64,000 bases of DNA from Macrostomum hystrix (GCA_950097015.1 CATNEN010000007.1:10044001-10108000); one strand, 5' to 3'; numbered from the stretch's first letter, positions 37,711 to 51,452 are shown. A program made the numbers and translations. The notes: generated by a model from the sequence alone, not told the origin.

Positions 37711-40700
37711 ATGGAGGAAGCGGCACCTTTCACAGCATTACCAATGGAAATCTACAATAAACAATCTGGTATGACTGCTGATGATGGAAATCCACTCAAT
37801 GAAGGGAACAGTGGAAAAGAGCCAGTGTACACAATGGCTGGTATTTTGCACTTTTTGCAAACAGAATGGACTAAATTTGAAATGGAGAGATCACAATGGG
37901 ATGTTGAACGTGCTGAGTTACAGGTAAGCTTTGTTGAAAATAAATATAACGTGTAGGTCTGCATAACTATAATATAGTATGCACTTTTATATATTGCATC
38001 TCTAAGTATCTTTTTTGTCTTAATATGCTGTTTTAAATATATTATTTGTATGTTTTTTAGATTTTTAGATAAATAATATAAAAACTAAGATTGCCATATT
38101 CAAAATTGGTTGTGGTGTCATTGTGGTACAAAAAGTAGGCCTATGGTTGTGGATGTGGTATACATCTGCAACATTTTTAGGATATTTGGCAGGTATGCAT
38201 GGCATTTGTAGATTTTTTCAATATGGACCTTATTGACACTCATGTAAATAAGGAAATTTATTATTGGCATGGCAAAATCAATTTTGAGTATTTTTTACCA
38301 ACTTGTTTATCATAAGATATACTTGGATTTGACCTAAGGTGTCAATAATGTCCCACAAGCTCCTCTATAACTAATAATAATGGTACCTGGACACTTCGTC
38401 ATCTTACAACTTTTCATCCAGATGACAATCTGTCCAATATCTTAGAGGATAGATGACAAACAGACTTAGACTTGTGGACACCTTGTCATCTATAAAACAA
38501 AAGTTTTCAAAGTTAGAACAGAACCACCCCTCCCCACCCCTCCTCACATTGTGTTGGCACCTATCTTTTAACTCTTATAATGAAATCAGTTTTGACACCT
38601 CTTTTTGACAATTTAGAGTGTGAAGTGTATTTACACCTCTGCCCCACTGGTACCACCCCACCCTCTTGACTTGACTTAGCTGCAGGGTGCTCTGTACCAG
38701 CAGACACAGTGAGGAGGTGGAGAGGACTGCCCATTCCGCTAACCCCTGGCAAACCAGACAACCTCAGGAAAGGTGGTGTTGCTCAGGGTAGCCTGTCAGA
38801 CTTGTCTGCAGCGTGGTCTCCGCACTGTTGATGGGGAAGGCATTGGCTCGCCCAGTATCCTAAAGGTACCGGGCAAGCTGAGGGATGCTCTCGGGCCTGC
38901 AAACATCAGTGAGAGTTGGGTTAGGCCCAAGATGTTTAAGCTTTTCCCTGGTGAAAACTGGGCAGTGGCAGATACAGTGCTCGGCATTTTTGCTGCCTGA
39001 GCTACAAAAGGTGCATTTGTCCTCTAGGAGCTGGCCCTGAAGATATCAATGCCGAGAAAAACAGCCATGCCCTGAGAGGGCCATGCTTACTACGTGGAGA
39101 TCACTGCAGTTCAGCTTTAAGAGAGCTTTGCGTAGGCAGTGAGATAGACATGGGACCGCTGCCCTGGACTGCTTGCAGTTCTGGGTCTTGGTCCATCTGT
39201 CCAGGTGCTGTGCCTCCATCCAGTGCTTCAGTTTGAGGTTGGTCACAGTGAAGGGGATAGGAGCGCCAGGCTCTGGCCCCGCCAGGGTGCTGGCTGCTCC
39301 AGCTTTTGCGAGCTGGTCCCCCATCTCATTCCCTAGGAAGCCAGCATGACCTGGGATCCATTTGAGCTTGACCTCATTGGCCCGCGCTAGCCAATTGAGC
39401 TGGGTGTTGCAGTCCAAGGTGGTTTTAAAGCAGGTGGTGCTGCGGTCGAGGGCCAGGAGGGTGGCTTGACTGTCAGAGTGGAAAATGATCTTCCGGTCAG
39501 TGAGCCCCCTCTGGCGCAACTCTGCTGCACATAAACTGATGGCAAGCATCAGATGGCAAGCAAACTGGGAACACTGGAGTTTTTCCCAGTGTGCTGGGAG
39601 TGAGTCCATGCGACCTCTTCTCCCTTGTAGATACAGGCTCCGAATCCCAAGATTCCGTTCATCAGTGAGCCATCAGTATAACAGTGGATTTCAGGGTCGG
39701 TCCAGCTGTTGTTTGCCTCCTGGCAAGACTGAATTTCGACCTTGTACCTGTGGCTCAGGATCAGAGTGGCAGGTATTGCATTCGGAGAGGATGTTGAGCC
39801 CTTCGCACTCGCCCAGAGTCTTCAGGCACAGATCAGAGTGGGGCGTGAGAGAGCGCTTTTTGAAGGCTCTCAAGAAATTGAAAGTCACACCGGCATCCAT
39901 AAGGTGCCTGGTGCTCTTCACAGCCTCTCCCTTGACAAAGATGTCCAAAGGAGTGGCTCCCAGGAAGGCATTCATGCCTTCAAAGGGACTACCCCACCCT
40001 CACTTTATTGATGTCGAACTAGATTGCTTGTTATTAGTAGATGACGAACTGACCAAACTTTGAAGCATGCCAATTGACTGTATGACAAAGTGTCCTACCT
40101 TCCAAGTGGATGACAAAGTGTCTAGGATCCATAATAATTATTATTGGAGGGCTTTGGGGAATGCCACATTTGATGTATTTAGGCAATATGGGCAACAGTG
40201 CTAAGAAAGTAACAACAATCTCAACAATAAAAATATTAAATCTATATTAAATGTACATATCTATATTAAATGTACAAGAAAATGTAAAGAAATTAATTTG
40301 AAAAAGTGAACTTAAAAAAAATACAATTGTTGTTTTCTTATCATATATTTTGTGGCAGGTACATTTGTGAATAATGCAAGTTTCTCACTAAAAGATTCAG
40401 TATCTTAAAAAGTATATTTGAGACAAAAATGGAGGTATGCCAAATAGACCACTATGTAGCTAGTTATTTTTTCTTCATGTGCCAAGTGTGCTGTGTATGC
40501 TGAAGAATCCAATGTGTGCACCAAAATGGCCAGCAAGGAGGCAATTATGTCTATTTAGCTGACCCCTGAGTCATACCAAATATATTATATATATCAAACA
40601 CTCACTGGTATGTCCATCTGCCCTGTCTTTCTATTTTTGAGGCAATTTACACCCCACTGTGCCTTGGAGGTTGACCCTCAATGGTATAAACTGCAAAACA

Positions 40701-43465
40701 AGTCCCCAAGCTTTCTTTCTGCAAGCAACTTAATGAATGTGGCCTTTTCTACAGAATTAAGCTGAGGGGCCTTGACATGAGGGACAAACATATTAACTGC
40801 CCACTGACCCCCTTCTCTATTCTAACTTTCATGTTTTGCTGCACACAAAGCACCATGCCGCAACACAAAATGCAGCATTCTTTACCAACTTGTAATTTCG
40901 AAAGCATGCTGTATGGTTTACAAGAAAGCTGTCTTTTTATTTTGAGTATTATCGAACAAAAATAATATATTTTAAAGTTATGTAAAGTTTCCTTCTACAA
41001 TATATTTTTCTCTTGCAATTTTTATGTAGAAAAATGTATAGTCAAACGATTTTCTAAGCACTTATTTTTAGTTTTTTAAACTAATTAACTTCATAGCTGT
41101 GATACTTTTACATACTGAAAGTTGTTTTTTAAGAAACTAAAATTATGATGCAATATAGCAGTGTAAGATATGCTTCATGTCATGTTCAATTCTAAAATTG
41201 TTCACCTTAAGACTTCCTTCAAATCATTAAATTTCGCTAAAATACTTAAATGAAAGTATACTAGCTGGCTCATTAGTATTTAACAATGGTTAATTTAAAA
41301 AAATTATCAGTAATCACAAGTGCTGTCTTGTGGGTTTGCTTGTATGCCAGAATGAGTTGTATTATTGTTTGTGTGAATCGGCATGCAGCTCACTCCAGTA
41401 ACCCGCCACTCGATCCTCCTAGGCTCGCATCGCCTTCCTCCAGGGCGAGCGCAAGGGCCAGGAGAATCTCAAGCACGACCTGGTGCGCCGCATCAAGATG
41501 CTGGAGTTCGCGCTCAAGCAGGAGCGGGCCAAGTTTCACCGGCTGAAGTTCGGCACGGAGCCGCCCGGCTTCACTGCCGCTGACTTGGCCAAGCCTGACC
41601 TGGGCGAGGCGCACGATGACGAAACCGCGGCATCCGCTGCGGCCGAGCTTGCCGACGAGCTTCAGCAGCAGCCGCAGTCGGCCAAGCGCAAGGATGGCCG
41701 CGAGGTGATTCGGCAATACCTGCAGGAGATGGGCTACAATGACGTCATCACCGATGTCAAGCAGGCGCGCGTTGAGCAGCTGCTTGGCTCCACGGCTGCT
41801 GTAGCGGCAACAGCAAGCGCGGCAGGTCCCGACGTCAAGGATGGCGGAGGCGGCAAAGGCAAGGGCCGGAAGACAATCGAGGAGCAGCTCAGCAGCATGG
41901 GCATCAATGTCGATGATGAGGGAAGCGACGAGGAGTCTGGAGGTGGCGGCTCGACCCGGCTCACCGAGGAGGAGCAGGTAGGGTTGGGCAGAAGCCTGCC
42001 AATACTAGTAGTTGATAAACTTATAAATATGTCGAATCGTTTTTGTGTTCAGGTGACTAACTGCGAACGAACTCGGTTAATTCTTGTCCAGGTGATTGCC
42101 GAGTTTGACTTCCTGGTGAACCAGCAGGAGCAGCCGGAGTGGGTGATGGACGAGAAGACCCTCTCCAAGATGGCCGACTTTCGCAAGGAGCGAGTCCGGG
42201 CGCCAAAGAAATCCGGCGGCAGCTCCGGCGTTTCCTCTGGCTTCATGGACGAACCTGACCGGGCGGGCTCTCCGCCGCCCGAGACGGAGCCGACCGGGCC
42301 CTACCCGACGCTCGACGATCCCGAGATCCGATTGGCCGTGTCCGGCGGCGGCGGCGGCTCCTCCAGCGGCGGCTCCGAAGAGGAGGGCTTCCGCTCGGCG
42401 CTAGGTCTGAACCTGGGCGACCTGCAGGACATCACCGTGGCCAACGAGAGCGACGCCGGCACAGCGGCCGAGTGCCGCCGCACTTGGGCTGTGAAGTTCA
42501 GCCTGAGGTCGCACTTCGACTCGGTCAGGTCGCTGGTGTTTCATCCAACCGAGCCGGCGCTAGTGACAGCCTCCGAGGACTGCACGCTGAAGCTGTGGAA
42601 CGTAAGCAAGGCACCCAGCGAGCAGCCGACAAAGAAGGGGATATCGGTCGACTTGGAGCCGATCCACACCTTCCGCGGCCACGCCGGGCCCGTCCTGTGC
42701 GCCTGCATTGCCGACCAGCTGCTGTTCTCCGGCGGTCTAGACGGCGCCGTGCGGGTCTGGGGCCTGCCGCCGCTCTCCATGGACCCCTACGACCCGTTTG
42801 ACGTCACCTTGGTCGGCCCGGTACTCTTAGGCCACGAGGACGCCGTCTGGGGCCTCGCCGTTTCCAAGTCGGCAGGCGGCGGCCCGACAACGCTGTTCTC
42901 CGTGGGCGCCGACCGGACTCTCCGAGCCTGGCGGCCCAGCCAGACGGCTGACCAGCGCCTGCTCAGCACCCGCCAGCTGCCGCATGCGCCAACAAGCATT
43001 GCGCTGCTAGCAACGGACCCTAGCAAGCTGGCTGTCTCGCTGCAGTCGGGTCACTGTCTGTTGATGGACGCCGAGACTGGCCAGGTCGTCACTCGCCTCA
43101 GCGACGAGGGTGCCGGTCCGGCCAACGCGGTGATCGCCCACCCGGCCCAGCCGCTCTGCATTGCGGCGCACGAGGACCGGCAGATTCGTTTCTACGACAT
43201 CAACTCGCGCTCCCTGGCGCACAGCATGGTGGCCCACCTGGACAGCGTCACTAGTCTGGCCATAGACAGCAACGGACTCTACATGCTTTCCGGCAGCCAC
43301 GACTGCTCCATCCGGCTGTGGAGCCTGGACGATCGCACCTGCGTGCAGGAAATCACGGCGCACCGGAAGAAGTTTGACGAGGCCATCCACGCCCTGGCGC
43401 TGCACCCGAGCAAGAGTTTCATGGCCAGCGCGGGCGCGGACGGCCTGGCCAAGGTGTTTGTCTAG
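37711..43465 (+). CDS. STRN: Striatin (STRIPAK scaffold); join(37711..37923,41423..41977,42092..43465), 713 aa
   Basis: YTMAGILHFLQTEWTKFEMERSQWDVERAELQ|ARIAFLQGERKGQENLKHDLVRRIKMLEFALKQERAK, then RQYLQEMGY, and WD40 repeats ending ASAGADGLAKVFV. Confidence 0.96.
38382..40130. mobile_element. MITE (same family as 19872..20279) interrupted by a LINE
   Basis: GGTACCTGGACACTTCGTCATC ... GATGACAAAGTGTCTAGGATCC; TSD ATAATAAT at 38374-38381 and 40131-40138. Confidence 0.9.
38666..39990 (-). mobile_element. 5'-truncated non-LTR retrotransposon with RNase H (I-group, LOA/Lian-like), decayed
   Basis: IIFHSDSQATLLAL...LKWIPGHAGFLGNEMGDQLAKAG (RNase H), SGHG and a C-terminal Cys/His knuckle, (AAGTC)n 3' tail, and an 11-bp TSD ACCCCACCCTC at 38655-38665 and 39991-40001. 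Confidence 0.9.
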
Positions 43466-46400
43466 TCTAGTCTTTGTTGACTCTGTTGTACCCTTATAAT
43501 CCTCCCATTTGGAGCTGCGTGTTAGCTGCACTTTTATTGCTCTACCTATCTCTCATTTCATGTCTGTGTGTGCTTTTGTGAAGCGGATAGGGTGACTGTA
43601 ATAGACAATTCTATTCTCGAACTTAAGCCAAGCCCCAGCCAGTTGCTAGTGGGAATCGCTCAATCATCAGATCGATGGGCTCCGAACAGCTTGGCTAGAA
43701 AGTTCTTATTCGTCTCTATAAAGCACTTGGCGATAGCATAGAGACCAACCGCAGTGCTATGCAGATCGGCAGCCTTAATTTTCTGGCATAAATTAGCAGC
43801 GGCACACCCGCCAGGCAATTTGTGTGCAGAGCCGCTGCTGCTGCTCCCTGCCTGCACTTTATGTTTATGTTTTTCCGCCTCACTTGTCCGCCAGCCTCTG
43901 TGCGATTCTAAGTTTGCAATCCGTTGCGGTAGAAACTGCGCGGCCAAGGCTGTTCGGCAAAGTGGGCGTTTCGCTCTATCCTGTATCAAGGCATGACCTG
44001 ATGCCTGAATTACAAAGTGCTCAAGCGAGTGACATTCTTTGCACCCTTATTTGTTCTAACCGATGCCAGCGGTTCAAGCTGAGACAGTTGGGGCTGCAAT
44101 CCATGCACTTGGCTCAGGCTTATATGTGAACATCTTTAGAGTATGTTAAATCAACAGTCTGAAAATCTAATCGGATATTTGCTACGTTTTACTTTTAGTA
44201 GTGTAGGTAGTGTATACATTATCTGCGATTTTTTTACAACGACTGGATTTTATATAGCTATAGACAAATCGCCGATATCCGACTCGCTCTGTGCTCTGAA
44301 CCTCTGATAGCCGTATGCCTTGCAACTCTGCTGCTGGCGAGCCTGCACTGTTCTTGACAATATTCCCCGACTGCTGTCCGCGATTTATCAGTTCTGCATG
44401 CCTGCGCAGCAAACTACGACGGTTTGAAGTCGCAAAACTATTGTTTTGTTGTTTTTTTGACGAGCCCTCTGTTGTCATTTTAAATAGTCTTTTTAACTTG
44501 TTGTTTTAATCTCACTTTCTGTCACTCGTTTCTAGAAAACGTTTTTCTATGCTTTTCTTTGTTTCCGCGTCTCGCTTGCCTGCTTCTCCTTGGTTTGCTG
44601 CTGCCACCACCGGCCCGTGTTACCTCCGCTACCACCCGCTTGTTGGCGGTCTCCAGACGCCCCTTCATCCAGCAGCGACTCCTGTGTAATCTGCGTTACT
44701 CCCAGCGTGCCCTCGACTCAGTCATCCTCCCAGCTGCTTCCTATTTTCCCAATGCCGAGCATCAAGTCGCTCCCAGTGTTCTTTTAGCTTGCTTGCGTCT
44801 GCTGTTATTGCTGCGAGTTCTGTTTACAGTGGTAAGGATCTCTTTCTTGACCGCTGCGCAGCTGCAACTTAAGCTGAGGCTCAGTGACAAATATGAATAT
44901 ATAAATATATTATTTATCTATCACTGCTATATATAATTACAACTTTTTAATACTGCTAGCATCATGCTACTACATTACGTGTAGTACTCCTAACAAAAAT
45001 CGCAGCGTTATTACAACATTTCGTTCTTTTAATTTTTCAACATTTGAAGAAACCAATCATGGAAGTCATCAAATTTATTACTTTAATTCTAAATACGTTT
45101 GGTTCCATGCATTCTATTAAAAAGTAGATATGTTAAAGCCTCTTTGCTTGAAATTTAGTGTCTTAATACATGCCGGACTAGGTTTCAAAAAAGGAAAATA
45201 GTTCGAGCCTTTTTGGTATTGGTGCGAGGACTTATGCAAGTATTCCAATCGCATATTTGTTTTACACCTAGCATGTTGTAAATACAATGATATTCCAATC
45301 AGGTTATAATGATAACTTAAATGTGCAAATTGAAATATAGTTTTTTTCACCTGTACTGCGATTTTGCATATCGAAAATTTATTAAGTTATCGAATTTCAA
45401 GTGTAGCGAGGCCCCTCGCAAAAGAATAACAAATAAGCAATCGTTTAGTAAAGATCGGTGTATAAAGGAAAAGAAATTTCATGGGCTTTCTTAATTTTTT
45501 ATATAAAGTTGCGATTGATTACTGATTAAATGTAACCATATTTGTATCTAGTGAACACATATACATGCAAATTCAGCGCAACACAGTGTGCGTATATGTT
45601 AAGTGCCACGCCCTAACTTTCATCGCATTGCCAGGTATAAGTTATAAAAAAGTTTCTTTGAATACAGTCTTTGAAATTGGGGATATGCTTGGATTATCTA
45701 TCTATTGTATTCAGCAATAAAGTACATGTAAATATAAAATAGCACAAAACTAGATTCATTCTATTGGTACTTCAAATTGTGACGTGATTAGGATTTGACA
45801 TACTTGTTTTATTATCCTAGAACTACAAGAAATACAAGAAATACAGCCTATAGCTAGCCAAAAGATGTAAAAATACTCAATGACCTAAACTTTCTATGGC
45901 ATTATGTTCCTAAAACAGAGGTTAAATAAAAGTTAGGCCTAAAATAAAAAAATAAATAAAAAAGACAATTTTTGTTTGCTAGTTTTAACCTAAAGTTTTG
46001 GTAACATTTTTAGATAAGTACGAGTACCTAACTCTAAGTGTCAAAGTGTAGCTATGCTAGGCCCTACTATATTTTACTAATGTCATAATCGAAGTCATAC
46101 TGAAATTTATGAATTTTATGTATGATGTGATGCAAAACTAGTTCCTAGTTGTGATTGCAATTAAAAATAGGCTACTGAAAAAGCTTTCAAGTTAAGTTTT
46201 TAATATAATATAGCCCCCATGCCCATAGTCGTAGTGCCAGAACTTAGAGGCATGGGTAGCCATATGTGCAAGATAAATTGTATTTGTGGGATCTATGACT
46301 AGGTATTCAAGTACAGTTACAGTAAGCTTCAAATTTGGACAAGCTGAAATTCCTAAGTAAGTTATCATATTTTATTCAATAGGCCTAAAAGTTTTCATCT

Positions 46401-46722
46401 GAAATGACCACTCTTACACCACTTTAAATTGTACAATTTCCTACCCATAGATCTCTAAGCAATAACAGTTACAACTCAATATTATACAACTACTGTGTCC
46501 ATGATAATAATCACTAATATAGGGTTTTGGCTCACTTTTGGACACAGTTGCCATGCCCCTAAGTTCCAGAATTGTAGACATGGCCACCATGGTCATCAGC
46601 AAGCCACGGCTCTATATTAGGGACACCAGAGCCATGTCCAAAAGTTAATTGCATAGGTATTATTAAGAAAATGCCTTTATGTTATTATGGTTTTATCATA
46701 TATATTAATGTAGTACTTTTTC

Positions 46723-47885
46723 GGCGATCATGAACTTTCCCACGTTTAATTATTTTTTTATCTTTTTCGTAACCTTTAAGAGCAGGGTGATGAAAATTCG
46801 TATTATTAAAGTTCAGGGGCATAAAAAACACTAGGTACCACAATTATTAGTTAATAAAGAGTCACAGTCAGCAGGGGTAGTAGTGGCAGATCCAGAATAG
46901 GATGTGTCCAAACTGCAGATTCGGGAACGTCCGGCGCCACATAAATTCCTGGAGATATGTCTCGAACAGGCCATCGGAGGTGCCGTGCATCGCTCGGAAC
47001 TTCGCCTTGCAGTTCCCCCACATGCCCTCGACGGTGTTTGTGTGGGCATCCGGATTGGCAGGGTCGCGGAAGTGGAGCGAGTGGTTGACGGTAATGTGGT
47101 TCTGTAGGGTATTGTATGCGGCCCACTGGTCCGTCACAATCCGTGTCCCTGGGAGCACATGCTGATTGATCACCGGTACCAGGGACGCAGCACATCGGCT
47201 CTGCACAGGTACCAGCATGCAGTGGTTGCTGCCCCGCTCCACCATGCCTAGCACCCAGTGGCCTTCTCGGTACTGGCCCTGGTGGTACTTCCTGTGCATG
47301 AATTTGGACTTGTCGATTTCCACGTCCACACCAGGTCCACCAAGCTGGGTTGGGTGATCGACTAGGTACTGCGCACAGATGTCGCGCAAGAAGTTAAACC
47401 AGTCTATCACCGTGTGCTCACTGACGCGTGTCTCATGGGCCACGTGAGACATCTTCATGTCGGTTGCCCAGAAATAGACAATGTCAATGAGCTGAACCAG
47501 GCTAAGGTGGCTGCCCTCAAAAAAACTGCCCTGCCGTATAGAACGATGGCGTCGGCATGTTTTGCAGGACCAGCACACGCTGTCAGCGTAGTCGCGGCCA
47601 GCCCGACGTTGAAAGGACATTGCGGTGGCACAGTTCGGGCAGTCGATGCTGTTCCGCAGAAGTCCGTGCCGTGCCAGCCACTGGACTGCTGTGTCATCCG
47701 TCAGCAGGGCCAGCTCACAGTGGTTGAGGTCCAACTTGGTCAGCTCAATGGCAGGAAGAACATCGGCTGGCTCGGCTATAGTTGTTGGTGCGGCAGGTCT
47801 TCCGGCCATGTCTTCAATGTCTTCAAAGCTGGAAATTTACGAACAAGATAAAAAATAATTAAACGCGGGAAAGTTCATGATCGCC
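46723..47885 (-). mobile_element. Full-length Merlin (IS1595/IS1016-family) DNA transposon, 1163 bp
   Basis: TIR GGCGATCATGAACTTTCCC(A/G)CGTTTAATTATTTTTT at both ends; 8-bp TSD ACTTTTTC at 46715-46722 and 47886-47893. Confidence 0.95.
46868..47809 (-). CDS. Merlin/IS1595-family transposase (313 aa)
   Basis: Zn ribbon CPNC...CKTC, SIRQGSFFE, VEID(K)SKF, WVLGMVER, IVTDQWAAY, VNHS, HTNTVEGMW, YLQEFMWR. Confidence 0.92.
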   Translation of the reverse strand: MAGRPAAPTTIAEPADVLPAIELTKLDLNHCELALLTDDTAVQWLARHGLLRNSIDCPNCATAMSFQRRAGRDYADSVCWSCKTCRRHRSIRQGSFFEGSHLSLVQLIDIVYFWATDMKMSHVAHETRVSEHTVIDWFNFLRDICAQYLVDHPTQLGGPGVDVEIDKSKFMHRKYHQGQYREGHWVLGMVERGSNHCMLVPVQSRCAASLVPVINQHVLPGTRIVTDQWAAYNTLQNHITVNHSLHFRDPANPDAHTNTVEGMWGNCKAKFRAMHGTSDGLFETYLQEFMWRRTFPNLQFGHILFWICHYYPC

Positions 47886-48498
47886 ACTTTTTCTTAGTTC
47901 ATTTTTAATATATTATAGTTGCCAAAGCATTAATAAATGAAGTAAGTAATATGAATGGTTTATAAGAAGGCTGAGGACATTGGTATTCTATTTGGTAATG
48001 GTTGCTAGAGATTCTGGAGTAGTATGAGCTGGGGCATCATTCTGGTAGAGCAACTGGCAATGAGTTTGTGATTGAATGCTTCTCCTTGATGGCTTGTAGC
48101 ACCTGGGGCATGCATTTGGTTGAATATCAACCAGTAGTCACTGTCAGTTGTATGAAAAGCTAGATCAGGGCTACAGAATGGCCACAAAAGCCAAAAAGCA
48201 GCAACCAGCTTGTTATTTTCATTCACTGATAAAGGTACTGTTGATCTTGATGTCTTGAAATTATATTTAAACAAAGCCTTACTTTCCTATTAACTTCTGA
48301 TAAATGTTTAGATCTCTAGTGCATTAGGTGATGCATTAGTTTGTATACATTCTGTTTCTTAGTCATACTGATTTATGGTCTAAGATGTTTTACTATTCAT
48401 TAGTAATAGATTTATTTTCTCTTTTAGTTTAACTGTACGTCTACTACTGTCTTATTCAAATGACATTCAGCCCATGCTAATTTGAATAATAATTTCAG

Positions 48499-49315
48499 GC
48501 GCGCCACTTCACTCAGGACCAGTTAGACAGTAAGTTGTTGATTGATTGCAATTTTTGCCTATACGCAATTTCATATCTTAGCTTGCAGTTGTCCTGGCTT
48601 GCAGAATGAAAGTTTAATAAAGGTTTTCGCTCTAAGAAAAATCCCATTCTCCCTTCCGCCAACCCGCAGCGTACCGCGAGTGCTTCTACCTGCACTGCAA
48701 GCAGGGCCGGGTCGGAACGGCGGAGCAGCTGCTGCTGGTCATGCGCAGCCTGGGCTTCGCGCCGCACATCGACGAGGCCAGGCGCTACCTCACCGAAGGC
48801 AAGGCCGCCGCCGGCGAGCTGGACTTTCCCCAGTTCCTGGACATTCTCCATCGTCACAGGCGGGCTGAGAACGCCGAGAGAGACATGCTGGAGGCGCTGA
48901 AGCTGTACGACCCGCAGGGCCGCGGCACCGTGCCAGTCACCGAGCTGCGCCGCGTCCTCTGCAACCAAGGCGAACGGCTCTCTGCCAGGGAGTGTAAGCA
49001 CCTGCTGGGACTGGGCTGCCAGGGACTGCAAGCACCTGCTGGGATATTGGTGAATCAGTGAGACCCAGAAGGGGTATTGTGGGATCAGTGAGACCTAGCA
49101 GTTATGCGATTGGATCGGAGAAAAGCGATAGGCAATGGGGGGCAGAATTTGTAGAAATTAAATTTAATTTTTAGCGCTTGGCAACTACCCGGCAATCAAT
49201 TTCCTCGCCCCCTACAGTCGAAGGCCTGCTTCGTGAGGCCGGCGTGGGCCAGACCGGAGCTGTGAACTACCGCCAGGTGGTGAAGACTCTGTTAACACCA
49301 CTGCCCGACTACTGA
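48499..49315 (+). CDS. CALML4: Calmodulin-like protein 4; join(48499..48529,48670..48993,49218..49315), upstream ATG-only exon not located
   Basis: (M)ARHFTQDQLDTYRECFYL...VMRSLG...GELDFPQFLDIL...GERLSAREFEGLLREA...VNYRQVVKTLLTPLPDY matches the CALML4 pattern with degenerate EF-hands. Confidence 0.85.
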
Positions 49316-49889
49316 GCTGGGCAGTACCTGTTGATTACAGTGCCGCAGTCTGCTGCCAATGTCCATTGCCAGGGCCTCCTTGAATCTACAATGCGGCTAT
49401 ATATTGATTGCTGCAGCTGGGCTGTCACTTTCTCTGTTCCCATGCGGAATATTTCACTGGGCATTCAGAAGCAGGACTGAAAAAATACTTGCTTGCTTTT
49501 AGTGAAAAATTGCCTTCTGGTTGGCTTTTGTCAGTTGCCTTGCTGCATGACGAATGTACTTTATGTGCTACTCACAGTTTATTATGATATTCGTCGTCTC
49601 GAATAACTCCCATGCAGCTGGCTAGTAGTATGGAGCGAAAAAATGTACTTTTCTCACTTTTTTCGATTCTGGCTGTGTGAAAATGACTTTTTATGGCACA
49701 CGCGCACCAACAAATGCTTAGCTTTTTCCCACAGTATTCACTAATCATTTTCTATTCTCACTGTTGGCGTTGGGCATGCCCATGTACTTTTGCTTCAAAC
49801 ACATTCCCAAATATTCAAGGGATACAGAACCCATTGACACCATAATTCACTTTTCGTCTTTTTTTCGTCTTAATTTTCTTTTGATTCTG

Positions 49890-51452
49890 TTACCCCACTG
49901 CCTCAGCCCTTATCTGCATCACTTACCCCACTGCCTCAGCCCTTCACTGCATCACTTACCCCACTGCCTTAGCCCTTATCTGCATCAGCTACCCCACTGC
50001 CTCAGCCCTTATCTGCATCACTTACCCCACTGCCTCAGCCCTTCACTGCATCACTTACCCCACTGCCTTAGCCCTTATCTGCATCAGCTACCCCACTGCC
50101 TCAGCCCTTATCTGCATCACTTACCCCACTGCCTCAGCCCTTCACTGCATCACTTACCCCACTGCCTCAGCCCTTATATGCATCACTTACCCCACTGCCT
50201 CAGCCCTTATCTGCATCAGCTACCCCACTGCCTCAGCCCTTCACTGCATCACTTACCCCACTGCCTCAGCCCTTCACTGCATCACTTACCCCACTGCCTC
50301 AGCCCTTCACTGCATCACTTACCCCACTGCCTCAGCCCTTCACTGCATCACTTACCCCACTGCCTCAGCCCTTCACTGCATCACTTACCCCACTGCCTCA
50401 GCCCTTCACTGCATCACTTACCCCACTGCCTCAGCCCTTCACTGCATCAGCTATCCCACTGCCTCAGCCCTTCACTGCATCAGCTATCCCACTGCCTCAG
50501 CCCTTCACTGCATCACTTACCCCACTGCCTCAGCCCTTATCTGCATCAGCTACCCCACTGCCTCAGCCCTTCACTGCATCACTTACCCCACTGCCTCAGC
50601 CCTTCACTGCATCAGCTACCCCACTGCCTCAGCCCTTATCTGCATCAGTTACCCCACTGCCCCACTGCCCCAGACTTCACTGCATCACTTATCCCACTGC
50701 CTCAGCCCTTATCTGCATCACTTACCCCACTGCCTTAGCCCTTATCTGCATCAGCTACCCCACTGCCTCAGCCCTTATCTGCATCACTTACCCCACTGCC
50801 TCAGCCCTTCACTGCATCACTTACCCCACTGCCTCAGCCCTTATATGCATCACTTACCCCACTGCCTCAGCCCTTATCTGCATCAGCTACCCCACTGCCT
50901 CAGCCCTTCACTGCATCACTTACCCCACTGCCTCAGCCCTTCACTGCATCACTTACCCCACTGCCTCAGCCCTTCACTGCATCACTTACCCCACTGCCTC
51001 AGCCCTTATCTGCATCAGCTACCCCACTGCCTCAGCCCTTCACTGCATCACTTACCCCACTGCCTCAGCCCTTCACTGCATCAGCTACCCCACTGCCTCA
51101 GCCCTTATCTGCATCAGTTACCCCACTGCCCCACTGCCCCAGACTTCACTGCATCAGTTACCCCACTGCCCCACTGCCCCAGACTTCACTGCATCAGTTA
51201 CCCCACTGCCTTAGCCCTTATCTGCATCAGTTACCCCACTGCCCCACTGCCCCAGACTTCACTGCATCAGTTACCCCACTGCCTTAGCCCTTATCTGCAT
51301 CAGCTACCCCACTGCCTCAGCCCTTATCTGCATCAGTTACCCCACTGCCCCACTGCCCCAGACTTCACTGCATCAGTTACCCCACTGCCTTAGCCCTTAT
51401 CTGCATCAGCTACCCCACTGCCCCAGCCCTTCACTGCATCCGTTATCCCACT
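49890..51452. repeat. Minisatellite, 33-bp unit (TTACCCCACTGCCTCAGCCCTTCACTGCATCAC)
   Basis: About 45 copies between convergent genes. Confidence 0.95.

Noticed and set aside
46215-46592. Weak inverted repeat (GAACTTAGAGGGCATGG / CCATGCCCCTAAGTTC)
   Set aside because: Possibly an old MITE, but no TSD or clear termini could be defined.
49764-51393. His/Pro/Cys repeat ORFs (also 59997-60659 and 433-810)
   Set aside because: Pure minisatellite translations with no unique coding flanks.
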